64,000 bases of DNA from Rhynchocyon petersi (Eukaryota), in contig CM091797.1 in assembly GCA_043290085.1 (NCBI GenBank), forward strand, positions 22,238,880-22,302,879, given 5' to 3'. Positions 21,959 through 34,333 of this stretch are shown in pieces. The notes under the pieces were generated by a model. It was not told the origin of the DNA. It did no database searches and saw nothing but the letters and a program-made list of their open reading frames with translations. Made by a program: the position numbers and the translations under genes. How positions within the stretch are numbered: position 1 is the first letter of the stretch; the number at the start of each line of letters is the position of its first letter.

Positions 21959-23664
21959 GTAAGTGTTCTATGCTTGTTTGGGAAAAAGAACCAACACAGA
22001 CAAATTTCCTAATTGCTTTCTTATTCCATGTTTTTTTATTCGTTTGGAAAATTTGTAAATATTCTGCATAACAGTTACTTATGAGTGGCTTTCAAGGTCA
22101 GGACATTTTTACATTTTAAATTTAATGTCCGTAGCAACCAACCAGTTGGAACAGGCAGTGCATGGTGGGGGTGCAGGAGAGGGGAAGCTGGTGGAGATGC
22201 CCGTCTGAATGTATGAATGAGGGACCAACTTCACTGTGTATTTCTGTTTAAATTTTTTATACATAGAAAAGGGGGGTGGGAGTAATAATAATAGTAAATA
22301 AAAAAATAACAAATAGATTTTCTGTTCTAGAAAATAATGTCTGTTTTTAAATGTTTTATTATAAAAGTAATGTATGACCATAATAAAATGCAATTCTATG
22401 ATTAGTATAACAACAAAAAGAAAATTTCTCCTTGTAATTAATTACCAGTTTCTTGAATTTTATAAGGACAGGTTTGACATCATTTTTTTTTTTTCCAACA
22501 AATATTTATACCATGTTAAATTTCTGCTGCTTTTGTGTTAAAAATTAGGAGGGAGAAAAACACCCCCCCACACACACACTTTTTCTCTGGCTTTATACAA
22601 ATGAAAACCAATACTAGCCTTCCAAAGTACACTGCGTTAGTAATTTTTAGAGATCTCTGTGGGGAGGGGGAGTTTTCATTTAAAAATTTTTTAAAAAAAT
22701 TTAAATGCGTATGTACAACATTCAATACAGTATGTTACGCATGGCACATAACAACAACAACATTCAGAACAGAATATTAGGTGTTCAATGGTTTACAATA
22801 GAAGTCCAGTACATTTTACATTGTGCTTCCCTTCTCTCATCCCTCTAGTCACTAGATTTTTTTTACCCCCTTTACACCTTCTCCCCACTTCCACCACTTG
22901 GTGCCCGGCATTTTTTTTTTTTTTTTAAATTTCCCTCTCCTTCCCCTTGGGGCTCAGGTTTTAAATGAAAACATACAGACAAAACAAATCAAATTAAAAT
23001 CTCCAGAGAGCAACAAAAGAGAGAAAAAATAAAACAACCCATGACACAATGGGGTGGGGGGGAGGCCCAAACAAATCAAACCCAGTAACTCCCAAATACG
23101 AAACAAGCAAGCTGACCAAAAAAACCAGAGACATGTTCTTCAAATCTGCCAGCTGCTCCATGGGAGAAAGAGTGGTGTCAACTCCCAGGTGATTTACTGC
23201 TTCTGATAACCCACTAAAGGGTCAGCTTTGAGTTGGTCCTGACTTGACGGTACCTAGCAACAACAACTATATCTGTAGTTAAGAGAAATGTTGTTAAGTA
23301 CTGCTAGGTCAACTCTGACTCTGCTACCCATAAGGACCCTATGGAAGGACGACACCCTGCCTGACCCTGCGTCCACACAGTCTCTACTGTGCTTGTGGGC
23401 ATCAGCACGGTCCATCTGGTTGAGGGGCTGCTGCTTTTTTGGCTAACTCTCTACTTTTCCAAGTTTGTTGTTCTTTTCCAAAAACTGGTCCCTCCTCATA
23501 ACATCTGTGTGAGAGGAAATCTCATGGCCCTGCATGAGGTGATACTTTTTCCTATTTTAAAATGACATCTCCGAATGACCACGTGTTACTTTCACAGGCC
23601 AGTTTCAGGGTGCAGTTTGTTGTTTAAGTGATGCAGTTTCTAACAGACTGTATTTTTTTCCAGA

Positions 23665-23778
23665 TTGGGACAGAGGACCGGAAGGACATTGTGGTGGTGG
23701 AACTGCAGTGCTTCCAGGAAGGCCTGGACTCTCCCTTTCTAATCAGCGCACACTTTCTCCTGGCCGATGGCGTCGAGG
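23665..23778 (+). CDS. PARP4: PARP4 exon: IGTEDRKDIVVVELQCFQEGLDSPFLISAHFLLADGVE
   Basis: Acceptor 'tttttttccag|att' and donor 'gtcgag|gtatgc'. Matches human …VGMEGGQEAVVVELQCSRDSRDCPFLISSHFLLDDGME. Confidence 0.85.
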
Positions 23779-23854
23779 TATGCCGTTTATGTTGATTCCT
23801 ACCACCTTTCCACCATGGCTGTAATCAGGTTCTCTAACATCCAATTCCCAAAAA

Positions 23855-25350
23855 AGGTGATCCCAAAGAACGTGGAAACTACCGAACAATATCACTGATA
23901 CAACATGCAAGCAAAATCCTATTGAAAGCTATTCAGACACACCTGGAGCAGTACATCGACAGAAGGCTGCCAGAAAGTCAGGCTGGATTCACAAGGGGCC
24001 ATGGCACAAAGGATATCATTGCAGATGTCAGATGGATCTTGGCTGAAAGTAAAGAATACCAGAAAAATTTCTATTTATGTTTCATTGACTATGCAAAGGC
24101 ATTTGACTATGTGGATCACAACAAACTATGGCTAATATTGAGGAAAATGGGAATTCCAGAGCACTTAATTATACCCATGTGAAATCTATACCTACATCAA
24201 GAAGCCATGGTCTGAACAGAGCATGGGAATACCATATGGTTCAAAATAAAGAAAGGCATGCATCAGGGCTGTATCCTATCCCCCATACCTATTCAATCTG
24301 TGTGCTGAGCAAATTATTCAAGGAAGCAGGACTCTATGAGGAAGTGTTTGGCATCAGGATTGGAGGAAGGTGCATCAACAACCTGCGGTATGCAGATGAC
24401 ACAACCCTGCTTGCTGAAAGTGAAGTTGTTGTTAGGTACTGTCGAGTTGTGACCAACTCACAGCTGACTCTCCAGTGGGTTTTCAGAGGTATTAAATCGC
24501 ACTGGAGTTGACACCACTCTTTCTCCAGTGGAGCAGCTGGTGAACTTGAACTGCAAACCTTTGAGGTTGCAGTGCAATTCCTTACCAATTAGCCACCAGA
24601 GCTCCCTGCTGAAAGTGAAGAGGACTTTAAAGTTTGCTGCAGAAGCTCAGACTGCAGTCTTCAAAATGGACTATGGCTAAACCTCAAGGAAACCAAGATC
24701 CTCACCACAGGGCCAATAGGGAACATCATAATTAACAGAGAAAGGATTAAAATTGTCAACAAGTTTGTCTTACTTGACTCCACAGTCAACACCTGTAGCA
24801 CCAGCAGTCAAGAAATCAAAAGACAAATCACTGGGAAAGGCTGCTATTAGAGACCTCTCCAAAGTACCAAAGGGTAATGATGTCAGCTTGAAGACAAAAG
24901 TACATCTGATCAAACCATGGTCTTCTCAATTACTAGCTATGCGTCTTAAAGTTAGATGGTGACTAGGGATGACAGAAGAATTGATGCCTTCGAGCTGTGG
25001 TGTTGGAGAAAAGTGCTTAATATCACACCACTGGCCAAAAGAACTAACAAATATGTCCTGGAAAGAGTCCAACCAGAGTGCGCCTTGGAGGCAAGTGTGG
25101 TGAATCTTCATCTCACATATTTTGGGCAAGTTGTTAGGAAAGGCCAGTTCCCTGGAGAGGGACATTATGCTTGGAAAGGAGGAGGGTCAGAGAGGGAGAG
25201 GCAGACCCTTGACTAGATGAATGGACACAGTACCTGCAGTGATGGGTTCAAGTGTGTCAGATGGTGAGGATGGTGCAGGATAGGGCAGATTTCAGATCTA
25301 CTGTTTATAGGGTTGTTGTGAGTTGTCCTTGGCTCAATGGCACATAACAA
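23855..25350 (+). mobile_element. RTE copy (RT to 3' end), degraded, interrupted by a SINE
   Basis: ORFs 23922-24182 (…GIPEHLIIPM), 24128-24511 (…GIRIGGRCINNLRYADDTTLLAESE…) and 24956-25216 (…ELWCWRKVLNI…), with the tail at ~25320-25350. Confidence 0.8.
24425..24605 (-). mobile_element. tRNA-derived SINE nested inside the RTE copy, flanked by a ~15-bp target-site duplication (…tgctgaaagtgaag)
   Basis: The RT ORF is interrupted right after '…DDTTLLAESE'. The flanking 'ctgcttgctgaaagtgaag' repeats as 'ccctgctgaaagtgaag' after the SINE. Confidence 0.75.
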
Positions 25351-25799
25351 CAACGGTGGTTAGTGAACAAATCAATTTGTTTACCTGGAAATGTGTTCTG
25401 TTTGGAGATGTTGCAGGTGAAGAGAGCAGGATGATTTCCACAGTAAATCACTTCCTGAGCTGCAGGCCTTAGAGATCCCATGCTCACGTTCCAAACCACT
25501 TGTGAAATATTTTTCTGTTTCCGTCGCTAAAAGCATTTACCTTAGCACACTGTGTTCTCCAGCAGTTTGTTACATACCAAACAAGAGCCAAACCAACAAT
25601 AAAAAAATATGCCACACCCTGGCCTTCAGAAATTGCCACCTGGGTGAAAAGAAACGTTAATAATTACAATCCATTGTGAGAGGCACTGATCCTGACGTTA
25701 AAGTGATTGTGGCCTCGGGACGGTCAGCTGACCTAAGAGAGCAGGCTTTGCTATGGCTGTCAAACCAAGAACTCCGTTAGTTCCGCTGTAAAATGATCA

Positions 25800-26225
25800 T
25801 TATTTGTTCTTGCTGTGTGCCGTCAAGTCAGAACCCTTGACCCTCCAGCAGGTTTTCAGAGGCTGTAAGATACATTGGAGAAGAGTGCTCAATATCCCAT
25901 GGATGGCCAAAAGGACAAACAAATATGTCCTGGAGAGAGTCCAGCCAGAGTGTTCCTTGGAGGCAAGGATAGTGAAGCTTCGTCTCACATATTTTGGACA
26001 TGTTGTTAGGAGAGACCAGTCCCTGGAGAGGGACATCATGCTTGGGAAGGTGGAGGGCCAGAGAGGGAGAGGCAGACCCTTGACTAGATGGATGGACACA
26101 GTGACTGCAGTGATGGGCTCAAGTGTTTCAGGGATGGTAAGGATAGTGCAGGTTCGGGTGGGTTTCAGATCTGTTCTTAGGGTCGCTAGGAGTCGTCCTC
26201 CACTTGATGGCACATAACAACAACA
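25800..26225 (+). mobile_element. RTE 3'-terminal fragment
   Basis: ORF 25804-26217 (…RRVLNIPWMAKRTNKYVLERVQPECSLEARIVKLRLTYFGHVVRRDQSLERDIMLGKVEGQRGRGRP…) ending '…gatggcacataacaacaacaaacc'. Confidence 0.85.
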
Positions 26226-26349
26226 AACCACGCAGAGGAGACTGCCGGTCTTTTCCACTACAGAGCAACTGGCAGATTCAAACTGTCTGCCTTTGGGTTG
26301 GCAACACAATTTCCTACTCACTAGGTCTATAGAGTACCCTCTGAAGTGA

Positions 26350-26690
26350 TTGATGATGATGAGGGTGCCGTTGAGTCATGACCGACTCATAGTGACCCTC
26401 ATGGCCTAGTGGTGAAGGAGCTTCGCTGCCAACTCAAAGGCACATGGTTCATATACACCAGCTGCTCCATGGGAGAAAGAGTGGCTTCCACTCCCGTGTG
26501 AGATACTGCCTCCGGAAACCCTTGGGAGGGTCACTAGGAGTCGTTCACGACTCGACGGTACCCGCCCCCCCATCATATCACACAGGAGTTGCTTCACTCT
26601 TTCTCCAGTGGAGCAGCTGGAAGATTTGAACCTTGTGCCTTTGAGTTGACAGCGCAGCTCCTTATGACTAGGGTACACTAGCTGCTCCTC
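26350..26690. mobile_element. Nested SINE cluster: a minus-orientation SINE (26350-26400 tail; 26575-26690 head) split by a plus-orientation full SINE (26400-26575)
   Basis: The minus tail '(gat)n gagggtgccgttgagtcatgaccgactcatagtgaccctc' is immediately followed by the plus head 'atggcctagtggtgaaggagcttcgctgcc…'. After the plus tail '…cgactcgacggtacccgcccccc' the minus body resumes '…cacaggagttgcttcactctttctccagtggagcagctgg…'. Confidence 0.7.
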
Positions 26691-27705
26691 TGAAGTGATA
26701 AGCGAACAGAAATAGATTCAAAATGCTTCATGCTGATGTAAGTATCCAGACCAAGAAGTACCTTACTCTGGCAAGGAGGTAGTGGTCTTCACAAAAGTTC
26801 TTATCGGTTCCTGGTCCAGGTATCAGTCTGGAGAGGTGAGAAGGAGGTTCATGTCAGGTGGACCCAGGATGCAGGTCTTATCCCAGAGGAGTCAATAGCT
26901 CTTGGAATACCTGCATGGATTTTGGATGCCCTCACAGGGACATTCCCAGTCATTAGAGTCATTGTTCTCAGAAAAAAAAAAAAAAAAAATAGCTAAGCCT
27001 CCCCGGTAGGGAGCTCTGGTCTGATTTACAACCTCTGAAAACCCAGTGGAGAGTCAGCTAAGAGTCAGGTCTGATTTAACAACATGCAAAAACAACAAGG
27101 GTCCTCACTAGTGTGTATAGCTCAGTTATTGAATTCCCAGTCCATATTCACTTTACCAAGCTCCAAAGCCCCTGTTTTGCCTACTACTAAGCTGATATTT
27201 CATCTTTATCAGGTGTCCACGAGAATAGAATGAGAGTCAATCCGACGCTCGATTCGTGTAGGAGAGAGAAGGGATTCTCCTAACTTTTTACCCAGGCTAT
27301 GGGCAATCTCCTCCCATGTGAGTGATAGCTCCTCAAAACCTGATGGAGGGTCAGCTTTGAATTGGATCCCACTGGAAAGCATTAATTGATTGAGTGAGAA
27401 GGTTAATTAACAGTAACACCAAGGAGCCACTCATGATTTAATATAACCAGGCTTGTCAGCTTCAAAGAGCAGCACTTGCCCAAGGGTAAAGTCCCCAAAG
27501 CAGAAAGGGCTAGGAGAGACGGATTCATGGAAATCAGAATCACAGGGAGGAAATGGGAAAGTGTCATTACGATGTGGATGTTGTAATTAACGTTATAAAA
27601 CACGATGTGTATGTATGAAAAACCAGTGTTTCAAACTTCACTCTCATCACAATAAAAATAGGAATTTAAAAAAAAATGCATGCTATGTTTTATGGCGCAC
27701 TATGG

Positions 27706-27885
27706 GCAGCTGGTATGGCCTAGTGGTGAAAGAACTGCGCTGCAAGCCCAAAGGCATGTGGTTCAAACCTGCCAGCTGCTCCGCAGGAGAAAGAGTGGTT
27801 TCTACTTCCGTGTGAGCTACTGCCTCTGGAAACCCTCGGGAGGGTCACTATGAGTCATTCACGACTCGACAGTACACCACCACCA
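27706..27885 (+). mobile_element. tRNA-derived SINE
   Basis: 'gcagctggtatggcctagtggtgaaagaactgcgctgcaagcccaaaggcatgtggttcaaacctgccagctgctc…gggtcactatgagtcattcacgactcgacagtacacc'. Confidence 0.85.
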
Positions 27886-27924
27886 TTGGTCTGGTAGTAT
27901 TTTTATTTTCCTGATGTTGAGATA

Positions 27925-28375
27925 TAATCCATATTGTAGATGGTAGTCTTTGCAAATCAAAACAACAATGAGATATCCTATCATCCAGCACCAAAGGCAA
28001 AGTTCAATGGAACAGCAAATAATAAATGATGCTGGCAAGGATACAGAGAGATTGGAACTCTTGTGCACTGCTGGTGGGAATGTGTCTAATGGTTGTATAG
28101 TAGTACTACCACTATAGAAGGCAGTTCAACATTTCTTCAGAAAGTTGAAAATAGAAGTACCATTTGATCTAACTTTTCCACTACTGGGAATATACCCTAT
28201 AGAAATAAGAGCTGCAACACAGATACATGCACATCCATGTTTATTGCAGCATTATTCACAGTAGTGAAGAGATTGAAACAGCCCAAGCGCCCATCAACAG
28301 AGAAACTATGAACAATTTACACAATGGAGTATTATGCAGCCTTGAAAAACAATGACAAAGTGTGAAACACAGCAC
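27925..28375 (+). mobile_element. L1 3'-end fragment (ORF2 C-terminus)
   Basis: The translation contains L1 ORF2 end motifs (…LELLCTAGGNV…FPLLGIYP.EI…MEYYAALKNNDK). Confidence 0.65.
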
Positions 28376-28394
28376 AACATTGATGAGTCTAGAG

Positions 28395-29110
28395 GACATT
28401 GTTGTTGTTATTATTGTTCTGTGCTATCAAGTCGAGAACAACTCATAGGATGTACCCTATCCTGTGCCGTCCTCACCAAACCCGACACACTCACACCCAT
28501 TGCTGCAATAACTATGTCTATCCAACTAGTCGAGGGTATGCCCCTCTTTCTCTTACCATCCACCTTTCCAAGCATAATGTCACTCTCCAATGATTGATCT
28601 CTCCTAGCAACATGTCCAAATATGTGAGGCAGAGCTTTGCCACCCTTGCCTCCATGGAGCACTCTGGTTGGACCCTCTCCAGGACATATTTGTTTTCCTC
28701 GCCATCCATGGGATATTGAGCACTCTTCTCCAACACCACAGCTCAAAGGCATTAATTCTTCTTCTGTCATACCTAGTCTTCATCCAACTTTCAGATGCAT
28801 CGGTAGTGATTGAGAAAATCAGAGTTTGGACCAGATGTACCTTTGTCTTCAGACTGACATCATTACTCTTCAGAACCTTGGAGAGGTCTCTGACAGCAGC
28901 CTTTCCCAACGTGATAAGTCTTTTGATCTCTTGACTGCTGGTGCCAAGGGTGCTGGCTATGGACACAAGTAATATCAAATCACTGACAGTTTCAAACCTT
29001 TCTCCCTCAATTATTATAACCCCTATTGGTCCCATGGTAAGGATCTTGGTTTTCCTGAGGTTCAGCTGCAGTCTGTATTGCAAACTACAGTCTTTGAGTT
29101 TCTGCAGCAT
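28395..29110 (-). mobile_element. RTE 3' half (RT C-terminus plus tail)
   Basis: Minus-strand ORF 28604-29110 (…ILLVSIASTLGTSSQEIKRLITLGKAAVRDLSKVLKSNDVSLKTKVHLVQTLIFSITTDASESWM…ELWCWRRVLNIPWMARKTN…). The reverse-complement tail sits at 28399-28450. Confidence 0.85.
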
Positions 29111-29590
29111 TGTTGTTGTTGTTGTTTGTTATGTGCCATCAAGACAAGGACAACTCATAGCAACCCCATGAACCATAGACCTGAAATGCACCCTATCCTG
29201 TGCCATCCTCACCAACCCAGACACACTCTCCCCATCGTTGCAGTAACTGTATCCACCTATCTACTTGAGGATCTACCTGTCCTTCTTCAGCCCTCCACCT
29301 TTCCGAGCATGATGTCCCTCTCCAGGGACCAATCTCTTCTAGCAACATGTCCAAAATACATGAGGCGGAGCCTTGCAACTCTTGTCTCCAGGGAGCACTC
29401 TGGCTGGACCCTCTCCAGAACATAGCTATTTGTGTTCTTGGCCATCCATGGGATGTTGAGCACTCTCCTCCAGCACCACAGTTCAAAGGCATCAATTCTT
29501 CTTCAGTTATCCCTAGTCATCGTCCAACTCTCAGATGCATGGGTAGTGATCGAGAAGACCATAGTTGAGATGATGCACTTAGTTGTTTCC
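29103..29590 (-). mobile_element. RTE 3'-terminal fragment, adjacent to the previous copy
   Basis: The reverse-complement tail 'tgttgttgttgttgtttgttatgtgccatcaagacaaggacaactcatagcaacc' lies at 29103. Minus-strand ORF 29193-29495 is RT C-terminus-like. Confidence 0.75.
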
Positions 29591-30224
29591 AAATCACTTG
29601 TAACTATTTTTCTATTTTTTCTCTAAAAGCAGTTCACTTAACACAAAAATAAATAAAATTCAAGTAGAAAACCATAACAGAATATACAATGTTTTAAAAT
29701 TGTTTTCTTCCGTTAAAAATGAAACAGTGAGTCATCGTGTTTCTTCATAGTCAATGTAACAGAGCCTTTCCCTCCTGGGGATTGCAGAAGTAGAATGTGG
29801 TGCTTCCTGCACCACACTCCAAGAGGAGGGTCCTATGCACCTTGAGGGGAGGTGTCCTTACCTAACCACCGTGGTTGGGCTTTTCTGTGGATAAGGGTCT
29901 TCTAACCTCTTCTCCTTTTTAAAGCCAATTTGATGGAAAGATCATACTCTTCTTAGTGGAAAAACTTAACTACAGGGTAGAGATATCTGTCCTGACCTGC
30001 AGAGCTGGTTTTCACAGTGTGCCAGAGGTCACGAGTGGCCTAGAGCAATATCTGTTTGGCTGCACACACAGAGCCATTGACCCTGGGATTAACACTAGAA
30101 TCCCTGGTCACATAAGGGCAGAGGTTCTGAAGACAAGGGAGTGTCATGTCTCTAGTCAGGCTGGAACCAGGGAGGAGAGAGGTTTGAGGTTGGTGCTTCC
30201 ATGTATCTTCGTTATGTCAGAGTA

Positions 30225-30760
30225 CTACCACCAGCAGTCAAGAAATCAAAAGACTAATCACATTGGGAAAGGTTGCTGTCAAAGACCTCTCCAAAGTACC
30301 GAGGAGTAACGTCCGGACAAAGGTATGCCGGATCCAAACCATGGTCTTCTCAATCACTAGCCATGTATCTGAAAGTTGGATGATGACTATGGGCAACAGA
30401 AGAATTGATGCCTTTGAGCTCTCGTGTTGGAGAAGAGTGCCCAATATCACATGGATGGCCAAAAGAACAAACAGATATGTCCTGCACAGAGTCCAACCAA
30501 AATCCTCGTTGGAGGCAAGGATAGTGAAGCTTCACCTCACATAGTTTGGACATGTTATTAGGAAAGGCCAGTCCCTGGAAAGGAACATCAATGGAGGGTC
30601 AGAGAAAGAGAGGCAGACCCTCAACTAGATGGATGGATGCCATGACTGCAATGATGGGTTCAGGTGTGTCAGGGATGATGAGGATGGCACAGTATAGGGC
30701 AAGTTTCAGATCTGCTGTTCATAGGGTTGCTGTGAGTTTTACTTGATGGTACATAACTAC
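30225..30760 (+). mobile_element. RTE 3' fragment
   Basis: ORF 30263-30544 (…CRIQTMVFSITSHVSESWMMTMGNRRIDAFELSCWRRVPNITWMAKRTNRYVLHRVQPKSSLEARIVKLHLT). Confidence 0.8.
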
Positions 30761-30867
30761 AACAATTGTAACAGAGCTCTCTGGTGTCCTAGTGGTAACC
30801 CACTGAGGGTCAGCTATGAGTCAGTCCTGACTCCACGGTACTTCACAACAACTATAAGAGAGAGGGC

Positions 30868-31050
30868 TGGTGTGGCCGAGTGGTAAAAAGCTGCGCTGCC
30901 ACCACAAAGGCATGGGGTTCAAATCCACCAGCTGCTCCACGGAGAAAAAGTGGCGACAACTCTGGTGTGTGATCTACTACTGCCGGAAACCCTCCAGAGG
31001 ATCACCTATGAGTCAATTACGACTCGACGGTACCTCATCATCCCATGATC
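30868..31050 (+). mobile_element. tRNA-derived SINE
   Basis: 'gctggtgtggccgagtggtaaaaagctgcgctgccaccacaaaggcatggggttcaaatccaccagctgctc…cgactcgacggtacctcatcatc'. Confidence 0.75.
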
Positions 31051-31189
31051 ATAACAGAGAGGGAGCTCTGGTGCACTAGTGGTAAGGAACTATACTGCCA
31101 ATGCAAAGCCACATGGTTGTAATCTACCAGCTTCTCTATGAAAGAAAGATGGGCAACCAACTCCCATGCGATTTACACCCTCTATAAAC

Positions 31190-31370
31190 CCACTGCATGG
31201 CCTCATGGTAAAGGAACTGCACTGCCAACCCAAGGGTGTGTGGTTCGAATCAGCCAGCTGCTCCTCGGGAGAAAGAGTGGCTTCAACTCCTGTGCGAGAT
31301 ACTGCCTCCGGAAACCCTCGGGAGGATCACTATGAGTCGGTCACGACTCAAAAGTACCCCACCACCACCA
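31190..31370 (+). mobile_element. tRNA-derived SINE
   Basis: 'ctgcatggcctcatggtaaaggaactgcactgccaacccaagggtgtgtggttcgaatcagccagctgctc…gggaggatcactatgagtcggtcacgactcaaaagtaccccaccaccacc'. Confidence 0.8.
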
Positions 31371-32275
31371 ACCTAAACCCACCGCAGCGTCAAAGTATGA
31401 GTTGGCTCCGATTCAATGATACACAACCAAACTAAAACAGAGATACCACAAGTAGATAGCTTTAACAAACTGGAAACTGTTCTTTTAGAATGAGGAGGCT
31501 GGAACTCCAAATTTAGACTGCCAGCTCTGTGAGACATTCTCTCTGTTGATTCTGGAAGAAGACCCTCATTTGCTTCAGCATCCGTAGGCCTGGTGTTCCT
31601 TGGAAATCTCCATGTGTTGTGGAACTTCAACATGTAGGGGCCTGTGTCCAAAAGGAGGAAATCCACACAGACACCTGACCCCTAGAGAAGAAAGAGGATG
31701 GATCAAGGAATTGCCCTGAATGCCTGAATTGGTGAGAAACCACATTTTATTTTGAGTCTGGAAAAGGATGATGAACTTTGTGCCCATTGAGATGCCCTAT
31801 GTGGCTCTGGTGACTAATAAGTGGCATGAACATACAATCATGTCGAGAATTGTGATATATTTTATGGCACTTTTAAGAAAAGGAGACTTGAAATGGACAT
31901 TTTGCCAGAAGGGGCAGAGAGCAAAATTGTGAAAGACTTTGAAACATGTGCGGAATTAAGAAACCAGGTCGGGGGCTGATGATGAATTATGAGCAGCAGA
32001 GAGACTGAAACCCCTCTGTTTGGTGACAACCCTACCTGGTTTTCTACACCTGGCTGTTCTTCCCTGTTGGTACTGAGATGTGGGCTTGTTTTTCCTCCCT
32101 TTTTAACTCTTGTAAGACAAAAGGTGTTCTACATCAGACCCTAGAGAAACTCCCCTTACATCATCAGATCAAAGCTGTGGTAGTGTTAAGGGACAGTTGC
32201 ATTCTAACGTTAACATTTGTACAGCAACTTATCAGATTATGGGGATCATTATGTAGCTTCTACATTGTATCATGG

Positions 32276-32460
32276 TGGTGGTGGTGGGGTACCGTTGAGT
32301 CGTGAACGACTCATAGTGACCCTCCCGAGGGTTTCCGGAGGCAGTATCTCCCACAGGAGTGGAAGCCATTCTTTCTCCCGTGGAGTAGCTGGCGGATTTG
32401 AACCACATGCCTTTGGGTTGGCAGCACAGCTTCTTCACCACTAGGCCACGCCAGCTGCTC
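32276..32460 (-). mobile_element. tRNA-derived SINE
   Basis: '(tgg)n ggtaccgttgagtcgtgaacgactcatagtgaccctcccgagggtttccggaggcagtatctc…ccactaggccacgccagctgctc'. Confidence 0.85.
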
Positions 32461-32829
32461 ACATTGTATCATACATACATGTATTTGGGGGAGAGGGCAC
32501 ATCTCAATCCATGATACTGTGCATTCAGGAGTACAGTGTGGTCCTTTGCAGACTTGGTGCCGTTTCCTTGTGTTCTTTTATAATGAGTGAGTGTTCCTAA
32601 CAGTGCCTTCTTTTGGAAAAAACGTTTACTTCCTCTCTTCTGATCTGTTTTTCTCAGTTTCAAAAAGTTAGAAACTTTTAGTAGACTTCAAATCTTAGTA
32701 GGATGCTAGAAGTAAGAACAGAAGCTGGAGTGAGTGTCTAACGCATCAAGTGCCTTCTTTCTACTGTTGTGTCTTTTCAAATACCCACGTCCATGCTTCC
32801 AGGTCGTAGGCGGTTTTGTGAAGAACTAA

Positions 32830-33330
32830 TGACTTAAGTAATGATGTCAGTGTGAGGACAAAGGTGCATCTGATCCAAACTATGGTCTTCTCAGTCACTA
32901 CACATGCATCTGAAATTTGGACGATGACTAGGGAGGACAGAAGAATTGATGCCTTTGACCTGTGGTGTTGGAGAAGAGTGCTCAATATTCCATGGATGGC
33001 CAGGAAGACAAACAAATATGTCCTGGAGAGGATCCAACCGGAGTGCTCCTTGGAAGCAAGGGTGGCGAGGCTCTGCCTCACGTACTTTGGACATGTTGCT
33101 AGGAGGGTCCGGTCCTTGGAGTAGGACATCATGTTTGGGAAGGTGGAGGGTGGGAGAGGGAGTGGCATACCCCTGACAAGACGGTTGGACACCGTTGCTG
33201 CGACGATGGGCGCGAGTGTGTTAGGGTTGGTGAGGATGGCACAGGATAGGAGACTTTTCAGCTCTGGTTTATAGGGTCGCTATGAGTTGTACTCAACTCG
33301 ATGGCACATAACAACAAACAACAATGACTT
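32830..33330 (+). mobile_element. RTE 3' fragment
   Basis: ORF 32852-33124 (MRTKVHLIQTMVFSVTTHASEIWTMTREDRRIDAFDLWCWRRVLNIPWMARKTNKYVLERIQPECSLEAR…) with the tail '…gatggcacataacaacaaacaacaatg'. Confidence 0.85.
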
Positions 33331-33510
33331 AAGTCGTTTGCAGGGATACCAAACAAAATAAGAAGCTAGTTTTTAAATCTTTCATTGCAGGGATCTTATT
33401 TATATTTGTGTTTACCCCGTGGTACACAATGGGTGTCTGTCAAGACTGACATGTTAATAAGTTACTGTGCATTTGTAGCCTAACCCTTTAACATACATTT
33501 TAATATACAG

Positions 33511-33660
33511 ACAAGAAGACAGTTCTTTGGAAAGAAAACCTCTGCCGATGCATGTAAACACTATGAAGAATTCATTGAAGAGCTGAAGGAACAAGGATTT
33601 CTGCTAAGAGACAATTTTACACCTGAAGCAACCCAATTAGCATCTAAACAACTGCAAGCA
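33511..33660 (+). CDS. PARP4: PARP4 exon: TRRQFFGKKTSADACKHYEEFIEELKEQGFLLRDNFTPEATQLASKQLQA
   Basis: Acceptor 'taatatacag|aca' and donor 'caagca|gtaaga'. Matches human TRRQFAIKKTSEDASEYFENYIEELKKQGFLLREHFTPEATQLASEQLQA. Confidence 0.88.
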
Positions 33661-34149
33661 GTAAGATTGAGTTTTTATGTTTGTTCTCCTGCCTGTAATA
33701 ATGGTGCATTATTGACTTTGTATATTTTTACATTGTGTTGAAAGTTTATACAACAAAAGATAAGGCAGTTCAATAATTTCTACACACATATCACAGTGAT
33801 GCTGACTACATTCTTCAAATCCTGCAAGTACTTTTGCTATCTTCTACCAAATTGTCCACCACTGCTAATAAAGAATCACTGCCCTTAAAGTCATAACTTC
33901 CCTTTCTTCCATCTCCTTACCTCTGGTAACCACAACTACTTTTTTGTTTGTATATATTTGCTTACTTCATGTAAGTAAGACAATTCAGTATTTGCCCTTT
34001 TGTGACTTATTTTGCTCAATGTCATGTTTCAAGTTTTATCCATGTTACGGCATACATCTGGTTCCTTTCTCTTTCTGGCTGAGTAATATTCCATTTTATT
34101 TCTATGGAATTTGTACATTTTATCTGATTATCCATTTATCTGTTCATGA

Positions 34150-34333
34150 TGATGATGATAATACCGAGGCGTCATGACCAACTCATAGCAGACCCTCCCG
34201 TGGGTTTCCAGAAGCAATATATTGCACGGGAGTTGACACCACTCTTTCTCCCACAGAGCAGCTGGTGGATCTGAACCGTGTGCCTTTGAGATGGCAGTGA
34301 AGCTTCTTACCACTAGGCCAGTCCAGCTGCTCA
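34150..34333 (-). mobile_element. tRNA-derived SINE
   Basis: '(gat)n aataccgaggcgtcatgaccaactcatagcagaccctcc…ccactaggccagtccagctgctc'. Confidence 0.8.
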
